Part shown: in pieces, positions 35,476-46,725 of the stretch
Layout: each line of letters begins with the position of its first letter
Numbering within the stretch: the first letter of the stretch is position 1
Source: Callorhinchus milii
Lineage: Eukaryota
NCBI RefSeq assembly: GCF_018977255.1
Contig: NW_024704743.1
Coordinates: forward strand, 86,740,001-86,804,000
Direction of reading: 5' to 3'
Length of the DNA: 64,000 bases
Notes under the pieces: model-generated
Told to the model about the DNA's origin: nothing
Seen by the model: only the letters and a program-made list of their open reading frames with translations
The model's database searches: none
Program-made: the position numbers and the translations under genes

Positions 35476-37899
35476 ACATCTGACTACTACCCATATCACG
35501 TGTAGAAATTGTTTCTGAATACTGCTCAGTTCTTTTTGAAAATGAATACATAATAAAAGAGAACAATTTAACAAATGCCAAATGGAACTCGAACAATGGA
35601 ACAAAAATATTCTGTTCCTTCACCTTGAAACCACCGCACCACTGATAATTACTCATACATAGAGCTCCACTATACAATACTGTATAATTTGTGAAATAAT
35701 AAGCTACTTCACAGCACTGTGCTCAGACTAGGTCTGCCATGCTACACACTACAGGAGCAATCAAGAATTCCTCCGACGGCCTAAAAATGAAGCCAGAACA
35801 TATTACCACAGTTTCCTATCAAGCAATAACTGCCTTATAAATACTTTACAGACTGTAACTACTTTGAAATCTGCTTCTTGTTCAGAATTTGACAGCACAA
35901 TGGAAATTTTCTTTTTATCATGCAGAAGCCCCACACATTCCAATGAAATCCACGGGTACATTGCACTGATTAATCCTTGCATTCTAAACGTTCTTAGTCA
36001 TTGTAATATCAATGGAACCATAATCAAGATTGCACTTAGCATAGCTGCCAGGAAACCTTATCAATCTGAGCAGCATAGGAAAGTGATGTCTTTGACCTTG
36101 AAAGATTAACTATGATTTCATGATGAGTTTTGTCCTTTTAGTTTTTATCTTGTTGGTTGTATTTTAAGGAGGAGGGAGTGAAATGAATGAAGGCTGTATC
36201 AGCAGAACATATTGTAAGCACACTTGACATGGTGCAAGATAATGCAGTCTTAACTCCTACCAGAGTAGGTCAATCCACCAACATTGCATCAGATGACAGT
36301 TTCATTGCTGCACCCCCCCCTCCCCCCGCAAACTACTGACACCATCACACACAAACACACCTTCCTCTGCGGAATTTTGCCCAACTTGGCTGTTTAATTG
36401 CAGAGATTCACAGACATTTCTGGCTGAATTGATTTTATGATCCAGTTTCTTCTTTGCTAAGTCCCGGGTAGAATGTTTCAGAAAGTAAGCGACTCTGGCT
36501 GCAGAACGTTATCAGCAGCCCCCTCCCCCAGTGCTCTGCAGCATTCCAGCCTTTAAGTCATACTGCAGCTGCATTCTGAGTTGAATTGGGTCTGTGCTGA
36601 AAGTGATGCTTACAATGTCTATGGTACTTACTTTGTCTTGCTTCATAAAAGTAGCATTGCTCTTTCTGAAGCACGAATGGGCACAGAACAGTCAGTGTAT
36701 TGCAATTCAAGGCTGTGAATCTATCCAAACAGAATGCGAGCAGTTTGTGAAGTAGAGGAGATATCAGCTTTTAACTCTTTACCATGTGTTGAAAATTCCA
36801 TACAACTTATAGCTAAGATCAATTCTCTCGCAGCAAAAACAATGTATATTTTCTTCCTGTTTCTATCTTATCACCTATGGATTGTGTTTATGAGGTTGAG
36901 GTGGTACTACAGTTTTTAGAAGAATGTGCTTGCCTGGTAAGATAATATTTGAGGTGATGGATAATATTATCAAATGGTCGAAATTGCCAATTTACACTGC
37001 AGCTTGTATGAAGGATCACAAATATCACAGAATCATTTTAATTTCAAGACATCAGATAAACAAATATCTGATCTATGCATAGAATTCCACTGCACATACA
37101 AAAACAACACTTATTTTCCATTGCAAAGAATCCAATTTTAATGCTTCACTGGTGCATTATCTGGTTTCCAGCAAACAGTTTGCCCAATTATTCATATTTT
37201 TAATGTTTACCCCACTGGCTATTGTCATTCTATTGCCCAGTTTTGCTTGAAGACAATTGCATGTTTTTTGAAAGCATAATCTTGTGCACATTAATAGCTA
37301 CCTTCTAAAGATAATTGTCATTAATATTCTTAATCAGAAAAATGCACTTCAAGTGGCTTCTGATTGGTTCACTTCCCAGACTCAAAAGGTAAAATAGGTA
37401 CCCTGCTCTGGGTCCTTAAGGACAATAGAGAGCACAGAAGCAGAAAAGGCCATTTGACCTGTGAGCATGTTCCCTCCACTGATCATGTATAATCTGCTCT
37501 ATTGCAAACTTGCCCAATCCACTCAATCTCCTGAGGGAAACAGCCAAGCACCAAAGATAAAGTTCTGCAAAATTACTCCAAGACCCTCAAGGGTAATCAA
37601 GAAAAACTCCAGAATATTGATCCAACCTTACGCTTTACAACCTCCAGCTCTGACCAGCCGTGGTCCACTTGTCCTCCATTCTCTCTCGACAGAGCATTAA
37701 TCATTGTGTTCTGCCGAGTATTTGATCATCTCCATCTGATCTTATCCTTATAACTTGCAATCCCATTCTTGGACAGATATTCACATCGCTATTTTGCAGC
37801 GGTCAGCAAAACCAGCATCAGTTGGTTCTATTGCAAGTCCATTTTGTTGGGGGGGGAGGGGGGGAGAAGTAGAGCTCTAACTTTACTCTTTGCTCTGTG

Positions 37900-37965
37900 A
37901 GCTGGTGGAGACTTGATGGGACGAATGGCCTCCTTTTGCACTGTAGATTTCTATGTTTCGATGTA
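37900..37965 (+). mobile_element. CR1-type 3' tail
   Basis: GACTTGATGGGACGAATGGCCTCCTTTTGCACTGTAGATTTCTATG. Confidence 0.7.
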
Positions 37966-39599
37966 ATCTTTTCTCTTGGTTGAAGTTGACTAATTTGGTA
38001 TTTGTGTCATCCAGTTCTATGTTCCATGAGCAAACTATAAGGCCTGTTCTCATTCATCTTAGCTGGCCAGGCCATTCTCTGTTTTAAAAACCTGGACCAT
38101 GTCCGCTCCCAATCTTCTTAATATCTATTACAATGATGGGAAAATGATAAATAAAGTTGTCTTCTCCAGTGTTAGGGAACTTTGTGGTACATGATTTGAG
38201 CTAAAGCTTCTATTGATGTCGAATGTGAATTAGCACCCTCGGTTTGGGGAGCTTTGCTGCACAGATTAGCTAGCCAGTTTTCCAATATAATAACATTAAC
38301 TTCATTTCTAATCTATTAATTTTGGAAAACACAAAGACATTCGTTTTTATCCTAACCGTCCGATATGAACAGAATGTATTAATATTATTACATTAATGCA
38401 TTGAATGTAGAGCTTATGATCTTGAGCGTTGAGTGTACTGGAGATGAGCTGTCACCTCCCCCACTCCCACCCCTCACCTGCACATCCAATCCCCCCCACC
38501 ACCAGCATCCTTCTGAACAGTAATGCCATGCATTGCCAGATGCCAGCTTTACTCTGATAGTTTTATTTAGTAAAGTCGCTTCCTGGCATTCCTACACCAC
38601 AATCTATGAACCAGAATTCCAATGTGCAGCACATTGTCAGTGGTGTCTCCTTCTAGCACATCCAGGAGATATGTCCCAGCAAGATTCAATTGGCCAAATA
38701 ACCTTCTTCTGTGCTGTAAATTACTATGGTTCTATTTACCAATTTAAGATGGGCTCCTCTCTCCCGATACACTCAAATTCACGTCCTCCAACAAACATTG
38801 AGACTTCATATCTTGATTGTACTCACACTATCTTGATTGTATACATCTCTGACAGTCAAGCACTATACCGCATAAATGGCGTGGCCCAAAGAGAGCAACT
38901 GAATGAACTAGACCTGAGGTAGGTATGGATGCTGGTCAGAAAGGAAATGGGGAGAACCTCAGCATATATAACTTGGAACTAACTAACTTGGTGCTCAACC
39001 TGAGCTGTACAGCAAGAGTTATCACAGTCTCCTGAACAAGAGTAACAAAGAACTGTCAATATTAGAGTTCAGGCTAGTGAAGTTTCTCTCATCACAAATC
39101 ATGTAACCGCATGAGCAGCTGTCTCGCTAGTTAATCGACTGTACAATATGAAATGCATTTCTCTCACATTACTGCACAGCAGGTCCAGTGAGGTGTTAAT
39201 ATTATTGGCACAATGCTAATGTTAATACAAGAAAAAATATTTAATAATAATTCTTGTATTTGATATAGTGCCTTATCACATTGACAGGACGTCATAAAGC
39301 GCTTTACAGGATATTCAACAATAAAATATTTCTTAACAACTGTATATTAATTCTAATTTGCTATCACATTACAGAGTGAAAAATGCTGTATCATAATCCT
39401 GTTATAATAAAACGTATTTTCTGGCTGTGGACTGAACAACTCCCCTTAGCCCAATTTCAGTACATTGATTTGCTTCTAAGGCCAATTTAGAAACATATCC
39501 TTGCAATGCAAAAGACACTATAGGGGAAAAGAGAGTTATACAAGAGGAGATTAGGGGAGGTGGAGTCTCATGTAGAGTAGAAACTCTGGCACAGACTAG

Positions 39600-39713
39600 A
39601 TCACCCACAAAATATACAGTCAATTTACTTAACAGTATATTCTGTGAAGCGCTTTGAGATGGCTCAAAGAAGTGATAAGGTGCTATATCAAATTTGCAAG
39701 GATTATTATTGTT
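39600..39713 (+). mobile_element. SINE 3' end
   Basis: CCCACAAAATATACAGTCAA..TCTGTGAAGCGCTTTGAGA..GCAAGGATTATT. Confidence 0.8.
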
Positions 39714-39900
39714 ATGGGCGAAAGGTTTGGTTCCTTGCTGTAACAGTGCATGTAAATTCTATCTTGTTTTTTAATTCACTTAAGTACGAAACGTCATGTT
39801 TGGAAGAATAACAGAATAAAGAAATACTCAGGTGCAGGAATTAAGATGAGCCACAATCAATTTCCCCCAACCTTCCTGCATTTCGGCTTAATCTTCTTAC

Positions 39901-40004
39901 CTTGAGAGATTTGGAATTGGGGATCTTCGCCACAGGCGTTGGGCACAGCAATTCAGCTTTTAATTTTAGCAACTCGGACTTGCTTAAACAATCCTTGATA
40001 CTGT
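39901..40004 (-). other. Candidate 104-nt exon, unknown gene
   Basis: cctatttttgcacttttggccag|ACAG...CTCAAG|gtaaga; one open frame DSIKDCLSKSELLKLKAELLCPTPVAKIPNSKSLK. Confidence 0.35.
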
Positions 40005-40214
40005 CTGGCCAAAAGTGCAAAAATAGGCCTTTGGGTTTAAGTGTGAAACAAAGCTGGAACCGAAGGTCTCCAGGCTTTTTATTTACCACACAAGAGCTGC
40101 TCCTATTCTGTTCAGATTGTCTGGACAGATGAGGAAATCTAGCTCGTAGGGGAGATATGAATCATTGTAACTGTGGTGAACTGAGGAGCCTCACTCAACA
40201 AAACTGTTCTAAAG

Positions 40215-40605
40215 GAAGAAAGAACTTAACATGTAGATACCTTGCAAACAGCTTCTCAGGTAATTATTGTCAGGTTTAATGATCGTTTTTGTAGCCAAGT
40301 GTGGCATCCATCTGTGCTGGCAATGTCACATAAACAGCCATGAGGTGAACAACCAATTAATCTAGAGGATTGTTGGCCAGGAACACTAGGGGAAAGTCTC
40401 TTCTCTTTTCAAATTAGTATCACGAGATATTTAACTTCCTCTTGCACAGACAGGCATCACCTTGACTTAACATCTCACCTTAACATGCAAAGACAACCCA
40501 TTTGACAATGCAAAGCTCTCCCAGTACTCCTCTGGATTCTAAGCCCAGGCTGTGAGCTCAAACTTCTGACCCAGAGGCGAGGGGTGCCACCAACTCAGCC
40601 AATCT
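40215..40605 (-). mobile_element. Old Deu-SINE
   Basis: TTGTTGGCCAGGAACAC..TTAACATCTCA..TTCTGACCCAGAGGCGAG..CAACTCAGCC. Confidence 0.7.
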
Positions 40606-40760
40606 CTGATCTGTGAAGAAGCAGTATTTTGTGCTTGTGGTACCGAATGAGTTAACTCTCCTACACTCTTCCCCCTTCCCCATCCAAAAAGAGAATCATT
40701 GGTGTCAATTATCTGGATGCCTCAGCAACTCCACTCCCCCACCTCCCAGCAACAGGGAAC

Positions 40761-40995
40761 AGTAAAGTGAATTGACTGTATATTTTGTGGGCGAAACACG
40801 GCAGCCAATTGCGCACAGCAGTGTCCCACAAACAGTCGTGGATTGAGTGACCAAATTATGATTGATTGATTTATTGATTTGAAGGGATAATTACCCCCGG
40901 AAAAGCGATCCGTCGCCAATCGACTAACAAACAGGTTCCAACTTACTGCTAGGTAAACAGAGGCATGTGGAATAAGGAAACTTTGCCCTGGGAAT
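40761..40995 (-). mobile_element. SINE long form, central part
   Basis: GCAGCCAATTGCGCACAGC..CCAATCGACTAACAA..ACTGCTAGGTAAACAGAGGCATGTGG. Confidence 0.9.
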
Positions 40996-42414
40996 TAGGG
41001 GGAGCTCAGATTCCAATCCAGGCACACAGTGAAGACCTGAGCATTTGATTAGTAACGTGCAAATATGTAAATATTACAGCTGCTGCTGGAATCACTTCAA
41101 GCTCTCAAAAGGATGCTGATTATTACTAACAATGAAAGTACGGTGGTTTAACTTTTAAAAATAATTACCTTTTTCCTTTTACAAATTCTTTGTGTACAAA
41201 TAACAAACAACCAAATAAAAAAATACAACCTATTCAAACCACTGCAATGAGTGAATTAATGTAATGGGTGCAATAATAAAATTACATTTACCTTCATTCA
41301 AAAGCTGAGCAGACCTTTTCCCATACTCGTAGTCATGCATCTTGGAATGCCACACTATGGGATTAAATTAAGTGTTTCATAATGTGTCATGTTGAACTCA
41401 TGAAGAAATCTCTCTTGTTTTACCCCTATATAGCTCTCAAAGGGGATTACTCTGCTCCATTCACTCAAGGTGATGTTGCTGTGAACTGTCCTATCTCAAT
41501 CACTCAATCTCAGAATTGGTCACTCTGCACTTTTGGATATTATAATGGAACTTTATACAGTAAAAAGCTGGCCCCATTGCGGTTAGCAGACAGGATGGAT
41601 AATTAGTCATCATGCAACATACAGTTCTACTGAAAAAAAATTATATCAGGATATGTACTGTTATTGACACACTGTGCCAGCCATTCTCTGGATGACTCTC
41701 CCTTATTCTGAATCTCACTTTCTCTCTGTCTCTCTTTACCGCTTTGTTACTTTTGGTCTAGAAGTCAAAAATCCCATTGTGTGCATGTTTGAAATTACTG
41801 TATCCTTTACTCACACTGTGCAGCTAAAACAAAGCTTTAAGTAACCCTATGTGTGAAACTGTGGGTTTTTTCCGGTGTCTCGCAACTCTGCTACATCGGA
41901 GCTAAACGGACCTGTGGAGTGATGGCGTGTGTATAACTGGCATTGTACTGTATGTGTAATTCAATATTACATTAAGAATAAAATGTCATTTATAATTTAA
42001 CATTACATTACTGTCATTGTAAAAACGCCATAACATATTTGCAAAACTTACATCGGAGAATTCAGAATGATGAGTGCACTGAGCAGCCTGTTCCTTCGGT
42101 TAGTACCTCTACATGTAACAGAGTCTCATTGTATTATTATGTTCACAATATTTAATAAATCTATCATTTTGTATATCCACTATATAGTTATTATGATATT
42201 TATTGGTTTTCTATAAAAAATAAATACATAAAAGGAGTTTCCATTAATAAATAATCAGAGTCGGTGCTGCATCATCTCTATGTATATTTAGTGCAGCTTT
42301 TTCTGAAATTGATAGACTGTTATCAGGGAAGAGATTCTTAGTCTGCCAGCAGCATGGTTATTAACTAAACAATTTTTATGCGCAGTTTGTGTGGTTTTAT
42401 TTGTTAGGTCCACC

Positions 42415-42843
42415 AATTTTCTCCCCTCCTCTCCTGCAGGCATCTGACCCCTTTTCCTGCCACTGGAGTACGACTCCACAGGCAACAATCACCCTGAGGA
42501 ACCTTGTCCAAGTGCACAATAATGATGTGTGAGCCCTGATAATGAGAGCTGGCTGGCTATTTGACTGCTGGCAGCAAAGCAACCAAAACCAATAGTGTCT
42601 TCAGCTAATATCCACACACAACACACAAATAACTACATTCCAACAGGGATCTCAACATGATAATCAGAACCCTGACTTATTTTCCCCTTGTTAACCCAGG
42701 GTGCTGAGACCGACTGCAGCATATCAGTGCTTCCCTGACTGGAAATAGCTAATTTAGCTCAAATCTGGATTTGGTTTGAACTTGTGACTTTCCGGCCTCT
42801 TTTCATGAGACAATGCCTGTGCCCAATCGGCTATCGGAGGAGC
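42415..42843 (-). mobile_element. Near full-length ancient AmnSINE2-like SINE
   Basis: Reverse complement: tRNA-like head, AATTAGCTATTTCCAG, GGTCTCAGCACCCTGGGTTAACAAGGGGAAAATAAGTCAGGGTTC, GTCAAATAGCCAGCC, GGCTCACACAT. Family name is from recall of the consensus. Confidence 0.6.
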
Positions 42844-43865
42844 GCATTTTACTCAAATTTAACAATAAACATGACAGAGGAAAGAGTAGTTTTGAGAGCC
42901 AGCAAGGCCTGTTCTTTTGATGTCATGGTGCTTCTTTCCGATAAGCAGTACGTTCACAGTGAACAATGAACACAGATGTTACACACCACACACTCAACGT
43001 AAATTCAAAGCTTCAGCAATTTTTCTTTGACTGTAAAGTGTCCATTTTCAGGGGATGACACGTCTTAGTTAAGTACTCTTCTCCATCTGCTAAAACACTT
43101 CTCCAGGATACAATTCTTTCCAGTGTGAGCAAGGAAAAAATAGGTTTAGCCTCAGAGCTTCAACAACTTTGCATGACCTTGTGCTGCGAAACACTGTAAA
43201 ATTGATTTGGTCATAATAATAAATTGAAGTCTGCATTATCTGTATTCTAATTATAATTAATATAACTGGTATAACTGCTGTATTATTTATGATTGGGCCT
43301 ACGGAGAATGAAATGCAATAATAATCTGCAGTGTAATTTTATTGATACACTGATGTATGGCTTTAATACTGAAATAATTGTAGGGCAACAAAATCTCTGA
43401 CATTCCTGAGCGCATCACATCCAATGCCTTGAAAGCTTCCACTCAGTCTCAAATGTATAAACTCACTGAAACACTATTGGGATGCAGATGGAGGGCTGAT
43501 TAGGTTTGAAGGGTATCTTCAGATATAATCTGAGAATTAAAGCACCAGTGAAACGTATATTGGAACCGCAGGTGTGGAGGGTGCTGCTTGAGCACAGCTC
43601 TGGCTCTCCTGACTCTACAGATTACTGTTCTGTGAAAATAGCCCGGCCTCATCTCACCACACTGCTGTACACAGCATCCGAATAACTGCTTTATCACTGT
43701 CAGCAAGTTATCTTCATTTGCACTGCCTAACTTAATCATAATAATTCTTGCATTTGATACAGTGCCTTTCATATCGTGAGAATGTTTCAAAGCGCTTCAC
43801 AGATTTACTGTAAACAGGATAATGCTTTTGAATCATTTTTAATGTTCTTACATGTGTCCTATAAC

Positions 43866-44060
43866 AGCCTGGCTGAGTTGGCAGCAATCTCACCCCTGCA
43901 TCAAAAGGTTGAAGTCCCAAATTGGGACTTTGAACTCATAGCCTAGGCTGAGAGTCCAATGCAGTACTGGGGTGCGCTACGTTGTTGGAGGGGCCATCCT
44001 GCAGATAAGATGTTAAACTGAGGTCCTGTCTGGTGGACATTAAAGATTCCATAGCATTAG
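43866..44060 (+). mobile_element. Deu-SINE 5' part
   Basis: CAGCCTGGCTGAGTTGG..CAGATAAGATGTTAAACTGAGGTCC..GGACATTAAAGATTCCATAGCA. Confidence 0.8.
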
Positions 44061-44084
44061 TCAATAAGTGAAAGAAGCTTCTCC

Positions 44085-44500
44085 CAATACATTCTATAGG
44101 CGAACGTGGAAACCAATTTGAACGAGGCAAAGGCCCACAAACAGCCATGAAGTGAATCATCAATTTTACCTGGAGAACTAAACAAAAGGCAAAGTACTGC
44201 AGATGCTGGAAATCCAGTATAAACACAGAAGTCGCTTGAAACACGCAGCAGGTCAGGCAGCATCCATAGAGAGAAAAATTAGTTAACTTTTCAGGTCAGT
44301 GATTTTTTGTCATTGAAAATTGTTGGCTGAACACTGGGATAAACCCCCTTCTCTTTTTAGGTAATGCCATAGGATTTTTCCGTCCACCTGAACAGGCAGA
44401 CGAGGCTTCGGTTTAAAGTCTTACCTGAAGGATGGTACACTAACAATGTAGCACACTGCATTGGAGTGTCAGTGAAGACTGTGAGTATAAAGTCCTGAGT
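44085..44500 (-). mobile_element. Deu-SINE interrupted at about 44180-44310
   Basis: GCCATAGGATTTTTCCGTCCACCTGAACAGGCAGACGAGGCTTCGGTTTAAAGTC. Confidence 0.75.
44180..44310. mobile_element. Common chondrichthyan short repeat, probably Penelope-related
   Basis: TACTGCAGATGCTGGAAATC..CAGCAGGTCAGGCAGCATC..GTTAACTTTTCAGGTC; a second degraded copy lies at 47320-47520. Confidence 0.55.
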
Positions 44501-44719
44501 TTAAAAGTGTAGTGACTGTGTATTTGTAGGTAAACATTGCTTGGGTGCAGAGGATCTTCCAAGTTTGGCAATATGCAAAATTAATCACTGGTACAAGGTA
44601 CATAAAAACAGCCACTACATTCACTAAGTCAATGGGGCCTACTACTGGCCATCTACCAAAAAGAGTGATCTTTTTGTACTGCATTTACAATAGACATCTC
44701 CATTTTATAAATGATACCT

Positions 44720-45090
44720 GACGGCTCCTGGTCTGACCTCTTCTTGCTGTCCTGTGGTTCCAGGGGCACTGGGTGCCCTCCGAAACCCCACCCAAGTGGT
44801 CTTTGTTCACGTGTGAACATCGGCAGTAATATAGGCAGGACACTCAATTAGAGAGAGGGTTCACCACTAAACCTGACCTCCCTACATTCAGTTGCCACAT
44901 ATACATATAACAACCAGTGGAGGGTGCTAAAGAGGGACTGGGAGTAGAAGCTATGGCTGATATTCCCCTCCCGGATTCTGGGAAGTTTGGGGCCAATTTA
45001 ACCTGTTCATGCAACCCTGACTGAGACCAAAAACTTCTGCATAGCCCAGGATTTGCACCAATCTGTAAAATGCAGCTCGATCTACTTCAC
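44720..45090 (-). mobile_element. AmnSINE2-like fragment
   Basis: GCCCTCCGAAACCCCACCCAAGTGGTC..TTCACGTGTGA..GGCTGATATTCCCCTCCC..GGCCAATT. Confidence 0.55.
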
Positions 45091-45115
45091 TGCCTCTTTT
45101 TTTTCTAGTTCTTAA

Positions 45116-45555
45116 ACAACAGCAACAACAAAATTACAGTATAGCAGCTTTCATGTCCGGAGGACGTCCCAAGGCGCTGGACTTGTTTCGGACCCGAGCT
45201 GGCGGTCAGGATTGGGGAGGGTGTAGGGCAAAGGGGGAAGCAGGGTGATCAAAAGCACAGTCGAAGAGGAGGGTCTTGAAGGAGGCAAAGGAGGGGGGAC
45301 AAGGCAGAGGGACTGCAGGATGGAGTTCCAGAGGGTGGGAGCAGAGTGGCAGAAGACCCACCCGCCAATGGTGGGGCGGGCGAGGTGGGAATCGTGAAGC
45401 AGGCCGAAGCCCACTGAGTGGAGGGAGTGGGCAGGATGGTAGGGTGTTAGGGGGTTGCAGAGCTAGGGAGGAGCAAGGCCATGGAAGGCTTTGAAGGTGA
45501 CGACCAGGATCTTGAACTGTATTCTCTGAGTGATGGGAAGGCAGTGGAGTCGGGA
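45116..45555 (-). mobile_element. L2 3' fragment
   Basis: RPTIGGWVFCHSAPTLWNSI; tail GGAGGACGTCCCAAGGCGCTGG. Confidence 0.88.
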
Positions 45556-46549
45556 GACACAGGCTTCAAAATTTAAAAAAAAGCTTAAAAATTGCAATTG
45601 TGTTTAAGAATATGCTGGATTCTGGATGCTCTGAAATGGTAAATGAATACAGTAAATCTAGACCAAGGTGAAATTTCTCCCCACTAATCGACTAGCTAGA
45701 TGACTATCTATCTGGCTTCAGTAAGATGAATCTTTCAAGTATGGAGTTAGTCTGGTAACTGGATGCTCATGGTAAATGTGTGTGAGTGTGAGTGTGAAAC
45801 ATACTTTTTCGACCTTGTATCAAACTTTAGCCAAAACAATCAGGGAGCAGATGTTGTTTACAGGAGTTACACTGAAACCACTTTACAATGAAGTACTGTG
45901 CAAGATGATCAATAATTTGACAATATTCTACCACATTCTCTCTATAGGATGAGTCAATTGCTAATAATATCTGTACCTTAAATGTTTTAATCCTCTTTGA
46001 AGGATATTTGTTGAAAGATCTACTTTCACTCTTGTGATCATCTGTCATTTCGAAGAGATATCCCCCTCCCCATTTTCCCCTTCTTCCCCCTTCCCACCAA
46101 TATTGAGTGTGAAACATACTGCACGAGCACGACAATGTTTAAGGAATAACAGGAAACTACTTGTACTGGAATGGGAATCGGGGACAGAGAGGATGAGACT
46201 GCAGTTCTCTATCTATGAAACAGATCAGCTCTAAGCAAATCCGGCAGCTCAATGCTCAGAGTGCATGCTCTCAACAGTGCAAATAAATAAACTGGCTGAA
46301 ATAAATTATAAAATTAAGAAGAACAAAGGTAAAAAAGACACAAAACTTGAATGCTAGAACTCTAAATACTATATTTATAACAGTAATTCTTATACATTTC
46401 ACACAGCACTTTATCAAAACATCAAAACAGCTTCACACTACAATAATTACTGAAAATTATTATGACTGTGTAGGCAAGTCTGCAGCCGATTTCTGCACAG
46501 CAATATCCCACAAATACCCAGGAAGTGAATGACCAATATAATATAAAAC

Positions 46550-46725
46550 AAATGTGGTCACTCAATCCATTGGCTGTTTGTGGGACCCTGCTTTGCTCAA
46601 TCGGCTGCCAGGTTTCGCCCACAAGATATACAGTCAGTTTACTTTACAGTATATTCTGTGAAGCGCTTTGAGACATCTCCAAGATGTGATAAGGCGCTAT
46701 ATCAAATGCAAGAATTATTATTATA
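46550..46725 (+). mobile_element. SINE 3' half, head to head with an older minus copy at about 46380-46535
   Basis: GCTGTTTGTGGGAC..TCTGTGAAGCGCTTTGAGAC..ATCAAATGCAAG. Confidence 0.85.

Noticed and set aside
36632..36720. Additional minus-strand exon candidate with a gtaagt donor
   Set aside because: Ambiguous acceptor, no homology, and it does not fit the frame of the A-B-C chain.
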